IMG/VR virus record: IMGVR_UViG_3300029555_000004 | DNA from: a virus | Strand: one strand, 5' to 3' | Length of the DNA stretch: 64,000 bases | Shown: positions 53,875 to 61,619 of the stretch, one piece after another | Layout of the letters: the number at the start of each line of letters is the position of its first letter | Numbering within the stretch: position 1 is the first letter of the stretch | Position numbers and translations under genes: made by a program | Notes under the pieces: generated by a model | Told to the model about the DNA's origin: nothing | The model's input: the letters and a program-made list of their open reading frames with translations, nothing else | Database searches by the model: none

Positions 53875-54079
53875 CTTCTGTGGTAATGCTTTTAATATCA
53901 AAACCGTCAGAATCAAATACATCTTGAATTTCATTTGCGGTATGAAGCATTGAAAGAATTTCTTTTGAATACGGATGTTCTTTGCCACAGTTTGGACACG
54001 AAATTTTATCCGCACTTATTGCTTCATTCAAGTAGTAGCTACAACGACAGTTACAGGAAACTTTTAATTTGAGAAACAT
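53864..54079 (-). CDS. zinc-ribbon protein (71 aa)
   Basis: ORF track 53864..54244. Start moved to Met56 behind AGGAGG. CNCRC...CPNCG. Confidence 0.45.
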   Translation of the reverse strand: MFLKLKVSCNCRCSYYLNEAISADKISCPNCGKEHPYSKEILSMLHTANEIQDVFDSDGFDIKSITTEVIL

Positions 54080-54155
54080 TTTAACACACCTCCTTTCTGA
54101 ACACATTATAACATTCAGATGGAGAGAATAAAAGAAAATATGGAGGAAAAACAGC

Positions 54156-54437
54156 ATGATTAAAATTAAAAACGAAACCATCAAAATCGAGGGAGTCATG
54201 GCAGATTTATTATCTGAGTATGCCGTAATTACTGATACCCTCAAGAAAGAAATGGTTGAAAACGGGAAATTTAACGAGAAGGAAGCAATTAAAATTCTTA
54301 AGGATTCCGCTGAAGTAGGATTTTTGAGTGATGAGGAACGCAGAGAGAAAGTTATAGAGAAAAATAAGGAATTATCTTTAATTCTTGCAGCTGGAATGTT
54401 GAAGGCGGCTTTTGAAATGAGTGGGAAGGAGGATTAA
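54156..54437 (+). CDS. hypothetical protein
   Basis: ORF track. GGAGGAAAAA RBS. Confidence 0.5.
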   Translation: MIKIKNETIKIEGVMADLLSEYAVITDTLKKEMVENGKFNEKEAIKILKDSAEVGFLSDEERREKVIEKNKELSLILAAGMLKAAFEMSGKED

Positions 54438-54439
54438 CT

Positions 54440-54628
54440 ATGGGAGAAACTAAAAGCACAGATTATATTCCCGAGAACGCCAATGAAGAATATGCACTTC
54501 TGGTTGGAAGGTTAAAGGCATTTGAAGCTTGGGCGAATAGCGTGAACGATTATGATTTCACAAAGGATATGGCATTTAGAATGCTTGGGCTTGGTTTAGA
54601 GGAATCAAAGGAGGAAAAGAAAGAATGA
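54440..54628 (+). CDS. hypothetical protein
   Basis: ORF track. GAAGGAGGA RBS. Confidence 0.5.
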   Translation: MGETKSTDYIPENANEEYALLVGRLKAFEAWANSVNDYDFTKDMAFRMLGLGLEESKEEKKE

Positions 54629-55542
54629 AATGCTTTAAAGGCTTTGACAAGGACTTAAAGTGTAGAGATTTCCAGTATGAAATTGGAAAAGAATACACAG
54701 AAGAAAAAGCAAACATTTGTAATTATGGATTCCATGCTTGTGAATTCCCGATGGACGTATTCGGTTATTATCCTCCTTCAGATTCCAGATATTGTGAAGT
54801 TGATCTTGAAGCGAATGATCAGAAATCACCTGATGATAGCAAGAGAGTTGGGAAGAAAATTTCCGTGAAAGCAGAAATTGGAATTGCTGGAATTATCAAA
54901 GCTGGCGTTGAATACATCAAAGAGCAAGTTAATTGGGAAGATGATAAGACAACCAATACCGGAGATCAGTCAGCGACAACCAATACCGGAGATCAGTCAG
55001 CGGCAACCAATACCGGAAATCGGTCAGCGGCAACCAATACCGGAAATTATTCAGCGGCAACCAATACCGGAGATCAGTCAGCGGCAACCAATACCGGATA
55101 TCGGTCAGCGGCAACCAATACCGGATATCAGTCAGCGGCAACCAATACCGGAGATCGGTCAGCGGCAACCAATACCGGATATCGGTCAGCGGCAACCAAT
55201 ACCGGAGATCAGTCAGCGGCAACCAATACCGGATATCAGTCAGCGGCAACCAATACCGGAGATCAGTCAGCGGCAACCAATACCGGAAATCGGTCAGCGG
55301 CAACCAATACCGGAAATCGGTCAGCGGCAATTGTAGAAGGAAAAGAAAGTATTGCATTAGCTACAGGAATTAATTCAAAAGCTAAAGGAAAAATTGGATG
55401 TTTTATTGTTTTAGCAGAGTGGAAAGAGATCAATTATGAATATCATATTGTAGATATTAAATCAGCAAAAGTAGATGGAGAAAACATTAAAGAAGATACT
55501 TTCTATATGTTGAAAGACGGAAAATTTGTAGAAGCAGATTAA
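54625..55542 (+). CDS. repeat protein: 14 nonapeptide (A/T)TNTG-x-x-SA units between unique N- and C-terminal domains
   Basis: ORF track. AAAGGAGGAAAAG RBS. The repeats read in this frame join cleanly to non-repetitive flanks. Confidence 0.65.
   Translation: MKCFKGFDKDLKCRDFQYEIGKEYTEEKANICNYGFHACEFPMDVFGYYPPSDSRYCEVDLEANDQKSPDDSKRVGKKISVKAEIGIAGIIKAGVEYIKEQVNWEDDKTTNTGDQSATTNTGDQSAATNTGNRSAATNTGNYSAATNTGDQSAATNTGYRSAATNTGYQSAATNTGDRSAATNTGYRSAATNTGDQSAATNTGYQSAATNTGDQSAATNTGNRSAATNTGNRSAAIVEGKESIALATGINSKAKGKIGCFIVLAEWKEINYEYHIVDIKSAKVDGENIKEDTFYMLKDGKFVEAD
54949..55326 (+). repeat. 14 tandem copies of a 27-bp unit
   Basis: (A/G)CAACCAATACCGGA-NAT-NNN-TCAGCG. Apart from the first base of unit 1 (ACA versus GCA), the units differ only at the first base of codon 5 (G/A/T) and at codon 6 (CAG/CGG/TAT). 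Confidence 0.9.
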
Positions 55543-55669
55543 GTGTCCTGGAAGGTGCTGACACACCAACCAGGACGGTATCTAACTAAGAATGAGTTAG
55601 TTAAATACAGGATTATTATATCACAACCTCCTGTATTTGACAAACAAAAATATAACAGGAGGACTTTTT

Positions 55670-55804
55670 ATGCAAAAAAATGGCGAAAATCAGCCACTTT
55701 CCAGTGAAATCATTGCTGATCTGGAAGAAAAGCTGATGGCAAGAAATATAATTATCGCTATTCTGGCAGCTGCACTTGCAGTAACCACATCCAGAAGAAA
55801 GTGA
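55670..55804 (+). CDS. small membrane protein (44 aa)
   Basis: Hand-translated MQKNGENQPLSSEIIADLEEKLMARNIIIAILAAALAVTTSRRK behind CAGGAGGA. Preferred over antisense ORF 55616..55885. Confidence 0.45.
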   Translation: MQKNGENQPLSSEIIADLEEKLMARNIIIAILAAALAVTTSRRK

Positions 55805-55811
55805 GGACAAA

Positions 55812-55988
55812 ATGAAAGAGGTGGTAAAGACAATAGGAGAAATATTTGTAGGAATAGGGATGTTTACAGTAATCTTCTCAATCACATGGATGTTTACATC
55901 ATTTGATGCTATCGGGGTGTTCTTTGTATCAACAGTCTTATTCTCAATGGTGTTTCTTCCTATTATATTAGAAATGGAGGAAAAGTAA
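55812..55988 (+). CDS. small membrane protein (58 aa, two TM)
   Basis: Hand-translated MKEVVKTIGEIFVGIGMFTVIFSITWMF... behind GTGAGGA. Ends directly before the next ATG. Confidence 0.45.
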   Translation: MKEVVKTIGEIFVGIGMFTVIFSITWMFTSFDAIGVFFVSTVLFSMVFLPIILEMEEK

Positions 55989-56606
55989 ATGCAAAGATTA
56001 AATAAAGTAAGATTATCCGGTAGAGCCGGGGAAATAGTATTCAGCCATGAACATTACGGAAGATACTATTACAAATTCATGCTGACAGTTATTCGCAAAA
56101 GTGGTGCAGTAGATATGTTCCCAATCGTTATAGAAGATTCCATTGTACGTGACAATGATTATAACGGAAAAGAAGTTGTGGTAACAGGAGCAATCAGAAG
56201 CATGGAAACTTCTAAAAATCCAAATAAGCACCACAACGTTAATTATATCGCAGCTGATGAAGTGGAAATCCTGGATGAACAGGTTCCGGAAGGTGATATA
56301 AACGAAGTAGAGTTTATTGCCAGAAGTTGCACGAAAGAGCCACATGCAAAACTTACACCAGTAACGCACAGGAAAGTTTCAAATCTTTTCGTAGCAATTC
56401 CAAGAGATCATTCAGAAAGAGCAGATTTTATTCGCTGTACTTTATGGGGAAAAGGTGCTGATCTGGCGGTAGAGGTTAAAAGAAATGATTACATTAAAGT
56501 AACTGGCAGGTTAATGAGCCGTGATGTTTATGTTAATGGAGAAGAAACGGAAAGTGTATATGAGATTTCCGTAAAAGAAATGGAGAAATTGGAGGATGAA
56601 GAATAA
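55989..56606 (+). CDS. SSB-like protein with two OB-fold halves (paralog 1)
   Basis: NKVRLSGRAGEIVF... and NEVEFIARSCTKEP...ADFIRCTLWGKGADLAVEVKRNDYIKVTGRLMSRDV follow the SSB pattern (N.v.l.G...; dfi.c.aWgk.Ae...kG..v.v.Grl). Confidence 0.5.
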   Translation: MQRLNKVRLSGRAGEIVFSHEHYGRYYYKFMLTVIRKSGAVDMFPIVIEDSIVRDNDYNGKEVVVTGAIRSMETSKNPNKHHNVNYIAADEVEILDEQVPEGDINEVEFIARSCTKEPHAKLTPVTHRKVSNLFVAIPRDHSERADFIRCTLWGKGADLAVEVKRNDYIKVTGRLMSRDVYVNGEETESVYEISVKEMEKLEDEE

Positions 56607-57258
56607 TAAGAATGAAGTTCAGATATTTGGCGTAATAATGGATATTCAGCCAGGAACATTTTTCAAGGACGGAGAAAAATTCGTAAGATTCTATATTGGT
56701 GCAAAGCGTACCAGCGGGAACGTAGATTTACTTCCGGTAATTATTGAAGAAAAGCAGACGGAAGGCTTAAAGATTGGAAAACACGCTTATGTTGAAGGGA
56801 GATACATTTCTTCAAACAAACATGAAAGTGGAAAGTCACATTTGATTCTTGAAATCAAAGCGGAAACAATCTGGTGTGGAGAAGGTGATGGGAGCGCAGA
56901 AGGTGAAAACAAAATCATTCTGGAAGGTTATCTTTGCAAGCCTCCTATTTACCGCAAAACACCAATAGGAAAAGAAATCTGTGATTTGATGATTGCTTGC
57001 AATGAATATGACTTGCGAAGAACAGATTATATCCCATGTATAGCATGGTGGAAAGAAGCCAGAGAAGCTGCTGATTTCAAGGTTGGAGATTTCGTAAAAA
57101 TAATCGGAAGAATCCAGAGCCGAATTTATCGGAAAAAATTATCTGGTGATGAAATAGAGCTTAGAACTGCATACGAGGTATCAATAGGGAGGATAATCGA
57201 GCATGAAGGTGGAAGTAAAAAAGATTTCGTTGGAGAATTACAAGAAGTTTCCGAGTAA
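56596..57258 (+). CDS. SSB-like protein with two OB-fold halves (paralog 2)
   Basis: NEVQIFGVIMDIQP... and NKIILEGYLCKPP...TDYIPCIAWWKEAREAADFKVGDFVKIIGRIQSRIY. Confidence 0.5.
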   Translation: MKNNKNEVQIFGVIMDIQPGTFFKDGEKFVRFYIGAKRTSGNVDLLPVIIEEKQTEGLKIGKHAYVEGRYISSNKHESGKSHLILEIKAETIWCGEGDGSAEGENKIILEGYLCKPPIYRKTPIGKEICDLMIACNEYDLRRTDYIPCIAWWKEAREAADFKVGDFVKIIGRIQSRIYRKKLSGDEIELRTAYEVSIGRIIEHEGGSKKDFVGELQEVSE

Positions 57259-59230
57259 GTCTGTAGATTTGTTTCCAAGAACAGAGATTTCTGGCAGAAA
57301 CAGAGAAGGGAAATCCACATTGCAGGACGCATATTTGGACGTTCTGACAGGTAAGATGGCGAATGGTACAGAACCTACTTCTATTCGCAGAAAAGAAAAT
57401 GGCGTGGAAGTGCAAAAGGTTGATGTTGTTAGAGAACTTACACTTGTGATTGATGGAAAAGAAAAAGTGATCCGCAAAGTCACAAAGCAGAAGTGGAGAA
57501 AACCAAGGGGACAGTCAGAAGAGGTGTTCGATGGAAATGAAACTTCTTATGAAATTGACGGATTCCCGGCTAAATCAAAGGATTATACCGAGTTCATCCA
57601 GTCAATAGCAGAGCCTTCAACGCTTCTGATGTGCAGCAATCCAAAACCATTTCTGGACACATTACAGAAGTCAACCGCAGAATCCAGAAAGGTACTGGAA
57701 AAGATGTCTGGTTTCGATATTGCTCAGTTTATGGAAGAGAATCCGCAGTACGCTCATGTGGAAGAAATCACAAAAGGGCATTCCGTAGAAGATACATTGA
57801 AGAAGCTCCGAAAAGAACTGAATGTACAAAAGAAAAAGGTGGATGCCAAAAACACGGAGATTGCATATGAAACCAATCGAAGCGTTGAAGCAGAAGACAC
57901 TTCTTCCTTGGAACCCAAAAAGCAGGAGCTTAATGCGGAGATTTCCAGGCTGGAAGAACAGGAACAGATTCTTGAAGATTCAGCAAAAGGCTATGACAGC
58001 CTTTCATATGAAATCCGTGGTTTGAAATCTTCCAGGGATGGTCTGGTTAGCAAAGCGAATGAATGGTTAAGAGCCAGACAAAAATTTATTTCTGATACAG
58101 TTTCCGAACTTATGTTAAAAAAATCAGAAAAGGAATCAAGCATTCGTATTATTGGAATGGAACTGGATAACCACATAAGGGAAGCAAAACAGGCAAAAGC
58201 TGACTTGGATAGAGCCAGACAGGACTATCCAAGAACCAAAGAAAAGGAGTGGAATGATTCTAGACTGAAAGCTATTGAAGCTGAAACATTCAATGATTCT
58301 GATACCATTTGCCCCGCCTGCGGACAGGAACTGCCGGAAGAACAGGTTGCCGAATTGAAAGCCTCCTTTGAAGAAAAGAAGAAGTTTAGAATTAAAACTG
58401 AATTAACCCAAAAGAAAAATTGGGAATCAGTAAAGCAGAACCAGTTAAAAGGAATTTGTGACCTTGGAAATTCTGCTTCTGCAAAATTAAAGAAAACTAA
58501 CGAGGAAATCAACAAATTACAGTCGGAAATCAGTGCGGCACAGGATGAAGTTACTGAACTCACTAAACAGATTGAGGAAGAACAGTCCAAATTTACGGAG
58601 CTTCCAGAATCTGTAGATATGACAAATGATGAAGAATATCTTGCGGTTACAGCGAGAATTGCAGAACTTGAAGAGAAACTGAAATCATTTGATGATGTTC
58701 CTGGAAAGAAACAGGAATTGAGAATTCAGATCAGCAATGTTATGAAACAGATTTCCAATGTGGATGCAGATATTAAGATTGCACAGGCAGCAGTCACAGA
58801 AAAAGAAAAGCGAGTAGCCGAACTGAATGAGGAACTGAAAAGCCTTGGACAGGTACAAGCCGATATTGAAAAGAACATTGATACCGTTCTTAACTTCTCA
58901 ATTCAGAAAAATAAGGCACTGGCAGAGAAAATCAATCCATTTTTCCATCATTTCCAGTTCAGTTTCCTTGATTACACGATTGAGGGAAATCCAGTGGAAA
59001 CTTGCAAGATGATCTGCAATGGAATTGACTACAATAGCGGATTAAATCATTCCGACAAAATTCTTTGCGAGGTTGATTTACTGAATGGATTACAGGAAAT
59101 GAATGGGCTGAATCTGCCGATTTGGATTGATGATAGCGAATCCGTGAATGTTGATCGACTTCCCACATTAGACAGACAGATGATTGTGCTTAGAGTGACG
59201 GATGGGGATTTGAAAGCGAAAGAACTTTAA
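57203..59230 (+). CDS. Rad50/SbcC-like SMC-family ATPase
   Basis: N-terminal Walker A GRNREGKST, a long coiled coil with a central CPACG (zinc-hook-like CxxC), and a C-terminal Walker B-like LPIWIDDSESV. Confidence 0.65.
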   Translation: MKVEVKKISLENYKKFPSKSVDLFPRTEISGRNREGKSTLQDAYLDVLTGKMANGTEPTSIRRKENGVEVQKVDVVRELTLVIDGKEKVIRKVTKQKWRKPRGQSEEVFDGNETSYEIDGFPAKSKDYTEFIQSIAEPSTLLMCSNPKPFLDTLQKSTAESRKVLEKMSGFDIAQFMEENPQYAHVEEITKGHSVEDTLKKLRKELNVQKKKVDAKNTEIAYETNRSVEAEDTSSLEPKKQELNAEISRLEEQEQILEDSAKGYDSLSYEIRGLKSSRDGLVSKANEWLRARQKFISDTVSELMLKKSEKESSIRIIGMELDNHIREAKQAKADLDRARQDYPRTKEKEWNDSRLKAIEAETFNDSDTICPACGQELPEEQVAELKASFEEKKKFRIKTELTQKKNWESVKQNQLKGICDLGNSASAKLKKTNEEINKLQSEISAAQDEVTELTKQIEEEQSKFTELPESVDMTNDEEYLAVTARIAELEEKLKSFDDVPGKKQELRIQISNVMKQISNVDADIKIAQAAVTEKEKRVAELNEELKSLGQVQADIEKNIDTVLNFSIQKNKALAEKINPFFHHFQFSFLDYTIEGNPVETCKMICNGIDYNSGLNHSDKILCEVDLLNGLQEMNGLNLPIWIDDSESVNVDRLPTLDRQMIVLRVTDGDLKAKEL

Positions 59231-59424
59231 AAAAGAAAGGAACAGCCAGTAACTTGTTTGGCGATAGACTGGCTGCTCCATATGAAATATAGAACAAACT
59301 ATATTTATTATTAAAATAACAGAAATAATTGGCTTAATTAAGTCACAGGTGATTTTGCACCTGGAATGTGAGGAAAATATTTCACTCACAAGAACCTATG
59401 TGAAACCGAATATTGGAAATTGAG

Positions 59425-59583
59425 GTTTGAGATATCTGCAGACCTACATAGGTACAAAAGATGGACAATTTACCATTGAATAGTTTGAGAACCCTATAAA
59501 TTTGCATAGGTACAAAATTATGCCACCGAGAATAACGCTTGTGTTCAGCTTTATATGCCTAAAAGTTCAAATAAGTACAAATC
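59425..59583 (+). CRISPR. degenerate CRISPR-like array (three pseudo-repeats, 22- and 29-nt pseudo-spacers) upstream of the nuclease gene
   Basis: U1 59425-59460 GTTTGAGATATCTGCAGACCTACATAGGTACAAAAG. U2 59483-59518 GTTTGAGAACCCTATAAATTTGCATAGGTACAAAAT. U3 59548-59583. By hand alignment, about 20-24 of 36 positions match the downstream repeat. Confidence 0.5.
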
Positions 59584-59629
59584 AAAATTGCACAATTATA
59601 AAAAAACGCAAAAACGGGGTAAAAAATAA

Positions 59630-61198
59630 ATGGACAATACTATAACAATAACAAGAAAATACGCTCTGATTCCAGAATTTAGTGACCGTAAAGAATGGAA
59701 GAAAAGAGTTTACGATTTTACGATAAATGACTTAGAACAAAAAATTGATTATAGAAATAAGAAGAAACAAGATACTTCTAAATTAGAAAGTCAGCTTGAA
59801 TACATCAAAAATGGCGGTGATTTCACAAGAAGCATGGTGAACAACTATACATATAGTCTCGTGAGTACAGCTATGGAAGAAGAAGCTCGCAGAAAAAATT
59901 ATATTCTGTCTTGGATATTTTCTGAAATGAGAGCTAATAGAGTAGATCAAATGGAATCACTGAAAGACAAGTTCAAATTTGTTTCAGACACAATTAACTA
60001 CGCATATCGTAAAGCTGGAAGTAATAAAGGAAGCTTGTTTGACGAAACGGAAATTCGTTGCATATTGAAATCTTATGGAATTGCTTTTTCACAGGAACTT
60101 ACGAAAGAAATTAAAGAACTTGTGAAGAATGGAGTTCTAGAGGGAAAAGTAGTTATACCTACATACAAATTAGACTCACCATTTACGATTGCAAAATCAC
60201 ATTTTAGTTTTGAGCACGACTATGATTCATTTGAGGAATTATGCGAACATATTAGTGATTCCGATTGCAAAATGTATATGAATTATGGTGGAGATAATAA
60301 AAAAGATGGCATAAATCCTGCTTCTATTGCGCGATTTAGAATCAGCCTTGGACATGGAAAGAATAAGGATGAATTAAGAGCCACATTGTTAAAGGTGTAT
60401 TCGGGCGAATACCAGTATTGTGGAAGTAGTATTCAGATTACAAAAAACAAAATAATTCTTAATCTTACCATGAAAATTCCTAAGATTGAAACTAAGCTTG
60501 ACAAAAACACAGTAGTTGGAGTTGATCTGGGTATTGCTGTCCCTGCAATGTGCGCTTTAAATAACAACATGTATGAGAGATTAGCAATTGGAAGCGCAGA
60601 TGAATTTTTGAGAGTAAGAACTAAGTATCAAGCTCAAAGAAGAAGACTGCAAAAATCGTTGAAAAATTCAAGCGCTGGACATGGAAGAAAGAAGAAATTA
60701 AAAGCATTAGACAGGATGGATAAAGCAGAATCACATTTTGTTGAAACATATTGCCACATTGTAAGTAAACGAGTTGTTGAATTTGCTGTTAAAAACAGAG
60801 CAAAGTACATCAATATCGAGAATCTTAATGGATATGATACAAGCCAATTTATCCTTAGAAATTGGAGCTACTACAAATTACAGCAATATATCACATATAA
60901 AGCAGAACGATACGGAATTGCAGTTAGAAAAATCAATCCTTGCTACACATCACAGGTTTGTAGCGTGTGTGGAAATTGGGAAGATGGGCAAAGAAAGACG
61001 CAGGCATCATTTAAGTGTGCAAACCAAAAATGTGAAAGCCACAAAAAATATAAGTACGGTTTCAATGCAGACTTCAATGCAGCCAGAAATATTGCAATGT
61101 CAACTCTGTTTATGGAAGACGGAGAAGTCACCGAAAAGAAGAAAGAAGAAGCCCGTGAATATTACGGGATTAAAAAAGAAAATAGTAAGGCGGTCTGA
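59630..61198 (+). CDS. cas12f: miniature type V CRISPR effector, Cas12f/Cas14-like (TnpB-derived RuvC nuclease), 522 aa
   Basis: VVGVDLGIAVP (RuvC-I), AGHGRKKKLKAL, YINIENLNG (RuvC-II), CYTSQVCSVCGN...FKCANQKC (zinc finger), FNADFNAARNIA (RuvC-III). An N-terminal half of about 290 aa. CRISPR repeats on both sides. Confidence 0.75.
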   Translation: MDNTITITRKYALIPEFSDRKEWKKRVYDFTINDLEQKIDYRNKKKQDTSKLESQLEYIKNGGDFTRSMVNNYTYSLVSTAMEEEARRKNYILSWIFSEMRANRVDQMESLKDKFKFVSDTINYAYRKAGSNKGSLFDETEIRCILKSYGIAFSQELTKEIKELVKNGVLEGKVVIPTYKLDSPFTIAKSHFSFEHDYDSFEELCEHISDSDCKMYMNYGGDNKKDGINPASIARFRISLGHGKNKDELRATLLKVYSGEYQYCGSSIQITKNKIILNLTMKIPKIETKLDKNTVVGVDLGIAVPAMCALNNNMYERLAIGSADEFLRVRTKYQAQRRRLQKSLKNSSAGHGRKKKLKALDRMDKAESHFVETYCHIVSKRVVEFAVKNRAKYINIENLNGYDTSQFILRNWSYYKLQQYITYKAERYGIAVRKINPCYTSQVCSVCGNWEDGQRKTQASFKCANQKCESHKKYKYGFNADFNAARNIAMSTLFMEDGEVTEKKKEEAREYYGIKKENSKAV

Positions 61199-61395
61199 TG
61201 ATTGCCTTGATCATACAGAAATGTATGCGGCTGATTTCGCAGCCGAAAGGTGAGGATTATTGATATTTTTGAAATCCCAATTAGTTTAAAAACTGTTTTA
61301 ATTACAGCCGTTCACTATTGCGAGTAGTGGAAAATGTAACGTTTTAAAAATAATCACTCACCAAAACCTGTGCTACCTGTGAAATGGAATTTGAG
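61199..61395 (+). ncRNA. candidate tracrRNA-like scaffold / array leader
   Basis: No ORF. Hairpin CGGCTG..CAGCCG (61228-61245). GGTGAG (61249-61254) can pair with CTCACC (61357-61362). ACCTGTG occurs twice (61366-61372, 61375-61381) and is complementary to CACAGGT in the repeat. The last ~45 nt are homologous to 59375-59424. Confidence 0.35.
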
Positions 61396-61563
61396 GTTTA
61401 AGAGGTATATCAAATAACACAGGTACGAAACGACGCAAGCAAAATTGATGCCGCAATTGAGGTTTAAGAGGTATATCAAATAACACAGGTACGAAACATC
61501 TCTGTTAATTGGTTGCTTATTTCGTCCGTTTGAGAGGTATATCAAATAACATAAGTACGAAAC
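61396..61563 (+). CRISPR. mini CRISPR array: three 36-nt repeats, two 30-nt spacers
   Basis: GTTTAAGAGGTATATCAAATAACACAGGTACGAAAC at 61396 and 61462. The copy at 61528 has 3 substitutions. Spacers: gacgcaagcaaaattgatgccgcaattgag and atctctgttaattggttgcttatttcgtcc. Period 66 nt. Confidence 0.8.
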
Positions 61564-61619
61564 TGATGCAATCACGCAACAGCGTGTTAGCAAATATAAA
61601 AAAGAAAAGGAGAATTAAA

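Noticed and set aside
54878-55357. Track ORFs 54878..55336 (+) and 54929..55357 (-), with repetitive QRQPIPEI / LPLTD.RYW translations.
   Set aside because: They are alternative-frame readings of the 27-bp tandem repeat. Only the 54625..55542 frame joins unique N- and C-terminal domains and has a strong RBS.
59630-61198. Whether the RuvC protein is simply an IS200/IS605 TnpB.
   Set aside because: No TnpA and no transposon-end hairpins are visible. The protein is larger (522 aa). It is flanked by 36-nt GTTT...GAAAC repeats with unique 30-nt spacers, which is CRISPR organisation, not an omega-RNA/RE arrangement. A database check is still needed.
61354-61593. Minus-strand 79-aa ORF with a repeated SYLCYLIYLLNL translation.
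   Set aside because: It is the reverse translation of the three CRISPR repeats. It has a TTG start, no RBS, and repeats at the 66-nt array period.
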